Source: Octopus bimaculoides (lineage: Eukaryota). Taken from it: a stretch of DNA of 63,747 bases. Position numbers and translations under genes: made by a program. The stretch is from the NCBI RefSeq assembly GCF_001194135.2, contig NC_068989.1, positions 71,580,419 to 71,644,165 of the forward strand. The letters are read 5' to 3'. Shown one piece after another: positions 1-11,032 of this stretch. The notes under the pieces were generated by a model. It was not told the origin of the DNA and did no database searches. It was given only the letters and a program-made list of their open reading frames with translations. Every line of letters begins with the position of its first letter. The first letter of the stretch is position 1.

Positions 1-293
1 ACATGGCAAGACAGAAAACATAGTATATGAAGAAGCACTTACATGAATAGTATGTACATGTCATATATAAAAGTGTAAAACCATTGAGTGTTAAAGTAAG
101 TATTACTATTACACTTTCACTTTTCGACTGACATGCGTCAATGTATATCTGTGTATATAACAGTGAAACAATAACGTGGTATATTTGCTGTGTGAATTTT
201 TTTCATTTAATCCCCATTTTAATTATCGTAAAAGTTTCCAAGTACCAATAAGCAACAATTTCATTCCAGGGCAACGCCGGGTGGCTCTGCTAG
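1..293 (+). mobile_element. 3' end of a Helitron-like non-autonomous element
   Basis: Short GC hairpin ccagggcaacgccggg followed by CTAG|T at 290-294. Confidence 0.5.
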
Positions 294-1429
294 TTTTCAT
301 AATAAAGTTATGGCCAGGTATAATACTTTTTATTAACTTCTAAAAAGTAATTTGCAGTCAACAAGCTTATTAAAGATTCATATGTACAGTGCCTAATGTC
401 CGTTATAACTGACAGTGATTATTTCAGGAAATATCAAACGGATTTCAATGAAATTTTTTTCAGTTATTTAGGTCAAAATAATAGTATCTGTGAATTTTCA
501 GGCAATATCATTCTCTAGAAAAATTTCGGCACGAATGGGTTAATGAACGTAGAATACAATTGCGTATATCACAATTAATGGAATATTTCGCGTAATGTAA
601 GAGAAATGATTTAAAATTGTTTATGTCACAGCCTTTTTTTTTTTTTGCTCGTTCCCCTTACTTTAGAACATGGTTATGCCTCCAATATATGCATATAGAC
701 ATGCATGTATGTATGTGTGTATGCAGGGGGTAAAATCAAAATTTACCTATATATGTATGTATGCATTTATGTAAGCATGCATACACGTATGTATGTGTGT
801 ATGCATGTCACGCAGCTAGTGTACCACCCGGGGAAGCTTTTGGGTTTACAGCCTCCACTCCTCGGGCCACCAAGCCTACACAGGTTTTTAGAGCAGATCC
901 AAAACCGTGTTGCCATGAGTGGTGAACTGCGTCAGCACGTCGCCCCGCCCCATCTACGTTACTGATAAATGTATGAGTGAGCGTTGTTACACAACCTTAA
1001 AGTACATTTTAAATGTGTGTGTGTGTGTACTTGTGTGTTGTAATGTAACCCCAATGACATTTAAAAAATTCAACCATAGCTACATAGCTCTTCGCTATAC
1101 TGGTGTGTGTCTAAATATATTAGTTGAACGTGTTTAAGAACGTGTGTGCGTTTATGTATGTATGTATGTGTGAGTGTATGTGCTTGTGTGTGTACACGTT
1201 ATTTTATAATGGCTGTTGTAGTACTATGAATGAAACAGCAACATATGTAACTTAACATTGTCTTTGCAACACCTGTTGCCTTGTTAAAACATTCATTCAA
1301 TCTGCGCTAGCATTATCTCTTCGCCTGTCGAAAGCATTGTCATAAAGTTTGTCCTGAACGTCCATGCTAGTTTTCAGACTTCTAGTTAACCCTTGTTTTA
1401 TATGTTCTGAGTAATATAAATTTTGAAGC

Positions 1430-2140
1430 AATGCAGTGCCATCACTCTCGACTGGCACTCAGCTTGATAGCGACAGTCTGTACATCGGTGTCTCCATGAG
1501 GCTTGGCCTCGAAATCTGTGAGCCTCACATATGTAACTGCTGATTCAGTGTGGATTCTTTCGGCCTCCACCCATTGTCATGCCGTTACAGTGCTGGCCGT
1601 TTCCATGCCATGTTGCTCTTAACGAGATCATAAAACATGGCCTAGAGGTTGCTTGTTTTCCTTCTGAGCTCAAACCAGCGGGGCTAGACTAAGGGGATGT
1701 AAAAGGCTTGACAATATAAAAATTTATCCGTCCCGTGGTGGTAGGCTCTCTCATCTAAGATGTCACGTGCAGTGACACCTTCTCCAGAGATATCATGGTG
1801 TGTTCAGCTACCAGCCCAAACTCTGCAGTTTGTTAGGCCGAGGAGAGCAAACTGTTAAAGTATCAGTGGCTCTTTGATAGGTTTATGGTCGAGCCTGTGG
1901 GAGTGGAGACCTTCGGCGTTCTCGGACCCCAGACCATATCCCTGTTCACCACTATGACAAAAGCGAGCCCCATGAGTCAGAGAGGCCGTTGCAGAGTATC
2001 TCCCCCCCCCCCTCGCCATCCTCCGGAGAAGCGTCTTTTCTATTTTGTCTGTTGGGTCCATGAGCAGTCTGACGAGCTTCTTCTTTTTATATATTCCTTT
2101 GCTGTGAAGAATTTGTAAACAATTACGAGGTTATAAGTAT
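1430..2140 (+). mobile_element. Decayed 3' fragment of a CRE-clade non-LTR retrotransposon (Zn motif + restriction-like endonuclease)
   Basis: Hand translation across stops and frameshifts gives MRLGLEICEPHICNC..VDSFGLHPLSCRYSAGRF.HVALNEII..ELKPAGLD..DxKRLD..DVTCSDT..AEESKLLKY..PVGVETFGVLG. This is the CRE RLE signature. Confidence 0.8.
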
Positions 2141-2449
2141 AAATTTTTCCTTTCATAAGTCCCAAGTTACNNNNNNNNNNNNNNNNNNNNNNNNNNNNNN
2201 NNNNNNNNNNNNNNNNNNNNNNNNNNNNNNNNNNNNNNNNNNNNNNNNNNNNNNNNNNNNNNNNNNNNNNNNNNNNNNNNNNNNNNNNNNNNNNNNNNNN
2301 NNNNNNNNNNNNNNNNNNNNNNNNNNNNNNNNNNNNNNNNNNNNNNNNNNNNNNNNNNNNNNNNNNNNNNNNNNNNNNNNNNNNNNNNNNNNNNNNNNNN
2401 NNNNNNNNNNNNNNNNNNNNNNNNNNNNNNNNNNNNNNNNNNNNNNNNN

Positions 2450-2749
2450 GTTGTGAGTGTTTATTGAGCGAAAACACCTAAAGCTCCACGAGGCTCCGGC
2501 AGGGGATGGTGGCGAACCCTGCTGTACTCTTTCGCCACAACTTTCTCTCACTCTTTCTTCCTGTTTCTGTTGTACCTGTATTTCAAAGGGTCAGCCTTGT
2601 CACACTGGTCACGCTGAATATCCCCGAGAACTACGTTAAGGGTACACGTGTCTGTGGAGTGCTCAGCCACTTGCACATTAATTTCACGAGCAGGCTGTTC
2701 CGTTGATCGGATCGACTGGAACCCTCGACGTTGAAAGCGACGGAGTGCT
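2450..2749 (+). mobile_element. SINE family B (tRNA-head, octopus-type); head lies in the gap
   Basis: Near-identical to the reverse complement of 58203-58500. Confidence 0.85.
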
Positions 2750-2938
2750 ACTGAAATACTCTGACTTGTTTAAATTAATTTTGAAAATAATGAATTTAGT
2801 AAAACAGCAGTCATTAAGCTGGTATTTGAAGGCAGTGACCTGGCAGAATTGTTAGCATGTCAGGCAAAATACTTAGCTGCATTTTGCCAGGCCTAACATT
2901 CTGAGTTCAAATTCCACTGAGGTCTACTTTGTGTTTTA

Positions 2939-2972
<34 letters not shown>

Positions 2973-5529
2973 TTTTTTTTTCCAGTCTGTCTACGAAATC
3001 AATTCATAAGACTACATAATACACATATATGCAACGAGTTTCCACCTAGCAAATCCACTCACAAGGCTTTGGTTAGTCTGGGGCTATAGCAGAAGACACT
3101 TATCATAGATGTCACACAGTGGAATTGAACCTGAAACCATGAGGTTGGAAATCAAACATCTTAACCATACAGCCACACCTGAGCCTATATAATGAATTGA
3201 AGAAAAAAACATTTCTGAAAATGAATTAATAATCTGAAAAATTATGAACATGCTAAAAATCATAAAAACAAAACAATAAGAATGTGTTTGTGTGCTTTTC
3301 TTTGTTTTTTTTCTTTTTTGCATATCATTTACTTTGTCATTTTATTCCACAGGCAGGATACTTTATACAAACCACAACAAAAGACATACTTTCAGTTCTT
3401 TTTTTTTTAAGATAAGGCATATTTAATAACAATGTATAAACATGGGGCATCACCACCATCATGTATACTGCCACGCTTCTTCGGAACATCAACACGCCAT
3501 AGCAAAATTTCCGTATAAAAAAAGTACAAAAAAAACAAAAAAAAACAAACAAAAAAAACAAAAGGGTAACAAAGGGAAGGACCCATTTGCTTGAAACACA
3601 AATGGACGTATACATACATAATGCACAAACTTATGGAAATGGAACTCCACTGATTTTGATAATGAGTATTCTTGTTGTTTGCTCCACTGAACGGCTTATT
3701 GTGTATGTATTTAAGTAAGTGGCTGTGTACACCACAGACAAGTGTAACCTTAACCATTTAGCATTCAGATTACTCTGTGAAATGTAATGCTTATTTATTC
3801 ATATTGTTGTGAATTGACTTTGCATTATCTCATAGCTTTGAGATTCTGATGATCATCATCATTTACCGTTTGTCTTCCATGCTAGAATAGGTTGGATGGT
3901 TCGACAGGAGCCAACCAGGTAGAAGACTACACCAGACTACTGTGTCCGTTTTGCATGGTTCTTATGGCTGGATGCCATTCCTAACACCAACCACTCCATA
4001 GAGTAGACTGATTGCTTTTTACATGGCATCAGCACAGGTAACGTCAGTTTTGGTATGATTTTTACAGCTGAATGCCCTACCAAATACCAACCACATTGTG
4101 ATTATTTTTAGGGTTGGTGTGGCAGACTGGATCTGGTCAGTTTGGATATAAAACTGGTAAAATATTTAGACCAGACATTTTTGGATTGGATTGCTCATGT
4201 TCAGTCCACTGTAGCACAAAGGGCTCAGCATGTTCTCTCCACCAAAGAATGGCTTGAGATCATACTCGTTTGATAAGCCCACTCTGCCATACTGGCTTGA
4301 CAAAGGGAGCAGTTTCTATACTCATGCCCAGTAGTTAAGCCAATTGCATTGACCCCAGTGACCACATGGTACTTATTTTATAGAGCCCAACAGGATAAAA
4401 GGCAAAGTCAACTTTGTGGAATTTGAACTTGGAACAAAGACATTTTGCCTGGTCTGCTAACAATTGTCAGCTCACTACCCTATGCCAGGCATGGATGGTT
4501 TAAATGCTCAAAGGTTAATGTAATCCTTGGACAGAATCAGTATGGTGCCATGTGAGGACATAATGACAAAAGTTGGTCCTTTTTGAATTACAAGTATAGT
4601 TCATCTGACAGGCTTCCACAGTTTCTGTCCATCCAATTTCACCACTTGTAAGTCATCAGTTGACTGAGGTTATGATAAAAAAGTCCAAGATGCCACACAG
4701 ACAAAAGAGCACTCTTGTTTGTGTGTGTGAGAGAAAGAGAGAATGGGACACTAGGGTTGCAAAAGACCAAGTTAACCAACTGGTTAATTTGCACAGATAG
4801 TCAGAAGTGAAATATAAAAAAAAGAAATAGCAACACAAGAGAAAAACAAAACTAAAAGTATTTTATTTATTTTTTTTTATTAAAAAGAATTTTTTAAATT
4901 ATCACAGTGAGAAATTAATGTTGATGTTTAAAGATGGCGGTGAAAGAAAGTAAATAACTAATATTTGTGTATGTATGTAAAACAATGATAAGTATAAAAG
5001 CATAGGAATGGTGTGTGTGTGTGTATATATAAGGAAATTAGGGTTAAAACTTAAGTGTTGTACAGAACATGCCCTTGGGGCATTTTTCTGCTGCAGCAAA
5101 CAGAAAAGGTGACCATTTCATATTTTGTAGCAAAACATTGTTGGAGGTGTGTATGTATGTGTGTGTGTGCATAAATGCATGTACACACACACACACAAAA
5201 ACTATATATACATACACATAAATGACTATATTTAAATTTTGAGTATATTTTTTTTTCTGAAAGCTGAAGCAATGCGTTTATAAAAAGGAAACAGATTGAT
5301 TGTTTTATACCTGATATTACAACATTTCAGGCTTAGAAGAACCCTTTGTCAGGAAAGGTTTGGAGAAAAGTTGTTATTCGCTGACTTCTCTGTCCAAATA
5401 TTTCAGGAAGGGGTCCCAACCTTGAAATACCAGATAAAATTATCAACCTGTATAATTTTTATAACCTGCATTGTTTTGGTTTATAAAAAAAAAAAAAAAA
5501 AGCTATGATATTACGTATGTGTATATATA

Positions 5530-6230
5530 TATATATATATATACATATATATAAAATTTATTAATAAGGGTAGAAATTAATATTAATCAATTAAAACCAG
5601 TGGTCCAGCATATTAAAAAAATCCAAAGATTAAAATTATATTACATACAAAAATAAGAGGAATGACCAGCAAAAGTGGACTCCTATATGCTTGAAATAGA
5701 TGCCGAATCATCTAACCACGAAAAATGTTCTCAGTAAAAATTTAGCGACACAACAGCCTGTTGTGTCACTAAATTTTTACTGAGAACATTTTTCATGGTT
5801 AGATGATTCGGCATCTATTTCAAGCATATAGGAGTCCACTTTTGCTGGTCATTCCTCTTATTTTTGTATACATATATATATATATATATATAGTCAATTC
5901 AAAAATAAATGAATAAAATTAATGGACAAGAGGACATGCACAAGGAATGTATTAGCTTGATGCTTGGTAAAACAAGAGTTTGACATTTCAAGTATAGCTC
6001 TTCATTGGAAAGGAGGCAAAGAAATCGCCAACATACATACATATACACACAAACGAGTGGATAAATGGAAGAAAAGGGGCACCTAATACATTTAGTAGAA
6101 GTTACATGTATTATTTTAAACGGTTTGATTTGGATCCAGGTGACTAAGCTTCACAGGCCTCTAATAGAAGCCTGTCTCTTTCAGGCTTTAATGAGATGAT
6201 GCTTCATGAAAACTATACTACTCTAATATA
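5530..6230. mobile_element. (TA)n-associated, possibly Penelope-like remnant containing a 225-bp palindrome
   Basis: Palindrome at 5645-5869 and decayed hammerhead-like motifs at about 5981-6010 and 6142-6185 (minus). The PLE assignment is inference. Confidence 0.45.
5645..5869. repeat. Near-perfect palindrome, 112-bp arms, 1-nt centre (5757)
   Basis: Direct read: 2 mismatches, both CpG/TpG. Confidence 0.95.
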
Positions 6231-6569
6231 TATATAGTTGTTTTTGTGTGTATAATATGACAATACGTTACATGTGTATGGAAGACTGTGAGTCTGGGTG
6301 CATGCATGCATATACATATATATATAAATTTCTTTTATTTTAGTTTTCTGCTTTAATTCATTTTTTAAAATGACAAAGCATGTTATTGACAGTATTCATA
6401 GTACTCTGAAAGAAAACTAATTAGCAGATTTGCCTTTAATTAGACAAAGATGTACTTCAAACCCTTACTCATTATTGCTATGTGAGATCTAGACTAACTT
6501 ACTTGGAAGTAGCTAGATATGCCCATACATGGATGGATATATAAACAGAGACACCATTTATTATTAAGG

Positions 6570-8061
6570 TGGTAAGCTGGCAGGATCAGGAGTCAGACAA
6601 AATGTTTAGTGGCATTTGTTCCATCTCTTTACATTCTGGGTTCAAATTCTGTTGAGGCCGACTTTGCCTTTCAACCTTTCAGGGTCAATAAAATAAGTAT
6701 CAGTTGAGTACTGAAGGAAATGTAATAGATTTAGACCCTCCCCTAAAACACCTGGTCTTGTACAAAAATTATCCTGAATTATTCAAATATCTCTGAGATT
6801 AACTTCACCTTTCATCCTTTCAGGGTTGATGAAAATAAATGCCAATCAAGCACTGGGGTCAATGAAATTGACTAGTGTTCCCTCCCAAAATTTCAGGCCT
6901 TCTGCCTATTATAGAAAGGATTATTATCATTATCTGATTTTCACCTTTCCGAGGTAGATAAAAATAAACTACCAATCAACTATTGTCATTACAGCATCAA
7001 TTTAAGTATTGCACAAAGAGTCTCAAGGAATACAGTCAGACCTTCACATTCTAATCCCACCATGGTCAACTTTGTCAGTCATCCTTCAGGTCAGACAGAA
7101 CCCACTGCACCCTTACCCCAAATCTAGGTGATTTGCTTACATTAGAAACCTTTATAATTATATAAAATCAGTCTCTAAATAACAACATGATAGCAGCCAT
7201 TATTTATCTTGTCAATTCTGCATATTCAAATAAAAATTTCATCATTGTTTTAACATCTACTTTTCTATGCTAGCATGGATCAGATGGAATTTGAAGCAGA
7301 TTTTCCATGACTAGATACCCTTGTCACTAACCCCCACTTGTTTCCAAGCAAGGTAATATTTCCCCATGGCCATCTAGGTGCAGTAATTCTAATTTAGGTA
7401 CAAGGCCAGCAATTTTAAGGGAATTATTTTACTAACACCAAAAAGGTGGAAGGCAAAGCTAAACTTCGCAGAATTTGAACTGATTGTGAAGAACCAGAAG
7501 AAATGCAGCTAAACGTTTTGTCTGACAGGTTAAGGATTTTTCCAGCTTGCCAATAATAAATATTGGTTTCAAATTTGGGCACAAGGCTAGCAATTTCGTG
7601 GGAGGAGACAAGTTGATTACGTTGACCCTAATGCTCAGCTGATTCTTATTTTGTTGACCCCAAAAGGATGAAAGTTAAAGCCAACCACAGTGGAATTTGA
7701 ACTCAGAACGTAAAGGTAGACAAAAATATTGCTAAGTATTTTGCCAGCTCATCACCTTAAAACACAAAATATAAAGACATGAAATACCGCTAAGCATTTA
7801 TTCAGTGTGCTAACAAATCTGCCAGCTACCACCTTAATAATAATAATGGGTTTCGAATTTTGGCACAAGGCCAGCAATTTCGGGGGAGGGGGCTAAGTTG
7901 ATTAAATCGACCCCAGTGATCAACTGATACGTATTTTATTGACTCTGAAGGGATGAAAAGCAAAGTCAACTTCAGCGGAATTTGAACTCAGAATGTGCAG
8001 ACAGACGAAATACTGCTAAGCATTTTGCCTGGCATACTAATGATTCTACCAGCTTACCACC

Positions 8062-8110
<49 letters not shown>

Positions 8111-9220
8111 TGATGATGATGATGATGATGATTTCCTTCATAAACAAAAGGCTGACACGGAATGGTCAATTATATTAATCTCAGTACTTATCTTTATTTC
8201 ATTGACTATGGAAGGAACAAAAAGATTGACCTCGGTGGGATTTGAACTTAAAACACAAAAAAAGAAAACAACTCTAATTTAACGATCATTTTTAATGTAG
8301 GCACAAGTCTAGAAATATAGTAGGGGAGGACAGTCAATTAAATCAACCTCACAACCTGCCTTTCCTGTACTAAACTGGCACTTTATTTTACCGACTTCTG
8401 TAGAATGAAAGGCAAAATTGACTTTGGCAGTGTAGGGGGACTTGGGATGTAAAGAGCAGAAAACAAAGATGGCAAGATATTTTGACCAAGCTCGACTGAT
8501 TCTGTCAATCTGGTCAAATGAGAGGTAAAAATTATTCCTAATGGAGATCACTAATTTGGGGGAGGTAAAGAATGAAATCACACCCCAGTATGTGAGTGGT
8601 GCATATATATATATATTATTGATGCCAGAAATATGAAATGTAAAGTCAACATCAGGAACTTGGAACATTTTACTAAATCCCTAAAATGCATTTTTCTCAT
8701 ACACCAACAATTCAGCCGTTTATCATTCATTTTGTTGGATGAACTATTAATTCTGCTAATCAGTAGTTATTTTGTCTGATATAAAACCATGTTTTAATAA
8801 TAATAATAATGGCTTCAAATTTTGAGACAACGGCAGCAGTTTTTGAAGGAAGAGAGATGTCATGACCTCAAAAGAAGGAAAGACAAAATTGACCTGGTGG
8901 AACTTGAACACAATGTTCAAATGCCGTTAAGCATTTTTTCCAGCATGCTAACAATTCCATTACCTTACCACCACTTTAATAATAACAATTTCTTTCTACT
9001 ATAAACAAAAAAATGTGATATTTTGGTGGAGGGGACCAGTCGATTACATTGACCCTGAAAGGATAAAAGGAAAAGGTGAATGGAATGTCACTAAGCAATT
9101 TGTTTGGTGGTAGTGGTGACAGCATAGTTGATTAAATTAACTTAAAACTTTACTACCACATTTTCTTTTTATGCCTTCCACCTCCTCAAAGTCAATTTCA
9201 GTGGGATTTGAACTTAGAAA
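6570..9220. mobile_element. Dense cluster of about 9 SINE family C copies (Meta-domain-like core gtcgactttgcctttcatcctttcggggtcgataaa)
   Basis: Plus copies near 6570, 6790, 7050. Minus copies near 7375, 7562, 7845, 8290, 8810, 9000. Confidence 0.8.
8063..8132. repeat. Compound (TAA)n(TGA)n microsatellite
   Basis: Direct read; explains the poly-N/poly-D ORF 7995-8282. Confidence 0.97.
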
Positions 9221-9611
9221 TTAATGGGGTCTACAGGTATGACTGCATAATTAAGAGAATTTCGCAGCCATGTGGTTCTAGACATGGGGCCCCAATGTAT
9301 GCTGCATATGGGGGCAATATCTTCAACAACTGGCTCAGTCTGACCAATAATATGTGAATGAGACTTGACTAACAAATACTGTGCAGAAGACGTGCATGTG
9401 CATATATACCTTGGCAATATTCTGCATTGAGTTACAAACACTCCCTTGTCACCCTCAGTCAGAAATGCAGAGAACCAGTGATTAATTAACCTGCTGGAAA
9501 CCTGTAACCAATGATGCTAGTGTTCAACAATTGCAAATATAAAGAAATACAAAATACCATAAAATGTATTAATTCATCCAATATTATCATCCACTGCTAT
9601 TTAAAATTTTT

Positions 9612-9617
9612 TTTTAT
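9612..9617 (-). terminator. Candidate polyadenylation signal for TBC1D24 (another at about 10146-10151)
   Basis: AATAAA on the minus strand about 1.3 kb after the stop, near the end of a repeat-poor block. The hexamer is common in AT-rich DNA. Confidence 0.3.
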
Positions 9618-10896
9618 TGTAATAACACTGAATTCTTAGATGGATAATGTAGAGTCAAGAAGCAATCAATGCAATGCCTGCAGTTGAGAATACAAATATG
9701 CCTGAATCAAAAACACTATTATGCTACCATTTTCTACCCAGGCTCTGAACCATCTGCAACTAGTATGTAAAAACAAAACTAATGCCAACAAAACAAGTAA
9801 TATGAATCTAAAATATCCAAGGAAGTTTCAGTCTTTGAAATGGTGTCTGCCACTAGATTTTTGCTAACCCTCAAACAGGAATTCTATGTAAAAACTACAT
9901 TAAGGGAATAAAAGTCTGAAGATTTCCAGAAACCAGCAGTAGAACTCTTTTGATTTTTCTTTTTCACTTTGACAATAGAATTTCAGAAAGCAGCTTCACT
10001 TTGTCACTGTCACACAGCTAACCTCACTTCACTTTCTATTGGTATTGTAATGTACTGATAATACTTATAAATTAATGCTAACATTTGTATAAAAAAATAA
10101 TTTTAAAAAATGAAGCTAAGATGTTTTGTTTTCCTCTTACAAATCTTTATTCTTAGAATTTAGAGGAACAATAACAAAAACTAAAAGCAATTCCTAACAG
10201 TTACGTATTAGGGAGAAATGGCAAGCAAGGAATCAATGAAGATAAAATTATTAAAAAAAAAAAAAAAAAAAAAAAGGATAAAATATTGAGTAAAATGCAT
10301 AAATTAAGATAAAACCATGAAGTAAGAAAAGTGAATATAAAATTACTTGTTAAAAAAAAAATCCATAAATTTCAAAAATAGTGATGGTTGTATGTGTTAC
10401 TTCCAAATTCAAGTTTCATTCAATTAGAAAGTAGGGTTTTAAAAAAAAATTAAAATAAATAATTGCACAATAAGCACATCTAAAATGCGAACACATCACA
10501 GATGGGAGGAGAGAGGGGTTCTATAGCCATTTTTTTCGTGTAAAGAGGAGGTAACATCACAGACAGTTTAGAAGAATATCAAATCAATTGAATTGGATTC
10601 ATTGAATTCTAAGAAAAATCCTTTGAAGGAATCGTCACTCACCAATCAAACTTTCAGACCAATTAATACATTTTGAAACGAGTTTTATGAATTGTTAAAA
10701 ACAATATATATATATAGATAAATAATTCCTTAAAGCGAAAGATAATTTTCTTTACTTTTTCTCTCCCTCATTTTCATAGTTCTGTACGTGACATACTTAT
10801 TCCAACAGTAATTTGAAGGTGAACTACAATACGCAAGTTTTTTTTCTCTCTTCTTTACAGTTCAAACACGTTTCACAGAAATACCAGCAATTAAGT

Positions 10897-11032
10897 TCAC
10901 TCGAAGCCAAATATCTCAACTACTTTACATTCAAAATCTTTGCTAGAGCATAAAGGTGGATTGCCAAAGGTTTCAGTTTCTTCTGTACGACAGTGAAGTA
11001 GGTTCTCGTCAAGCATAATGGCATTACCTCCT
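10897..11032 (-). CDS. TBC1D24: TBC1D24 last coding exon ([11 protein letters not shown]...TFGNPPLC...VVEIFGFE*)
   Basis: Hand-translated. Acceptor tttattttcag, phase 2, TGA at 10897-10899. Typical TLDc C-terminus. Confidence 0.95.

Noticed and set aside
7995-8282. Poly-Asn/Asp ORF
   Set aside because: SINE head plus a (TAA)(TGA) microsatellite.
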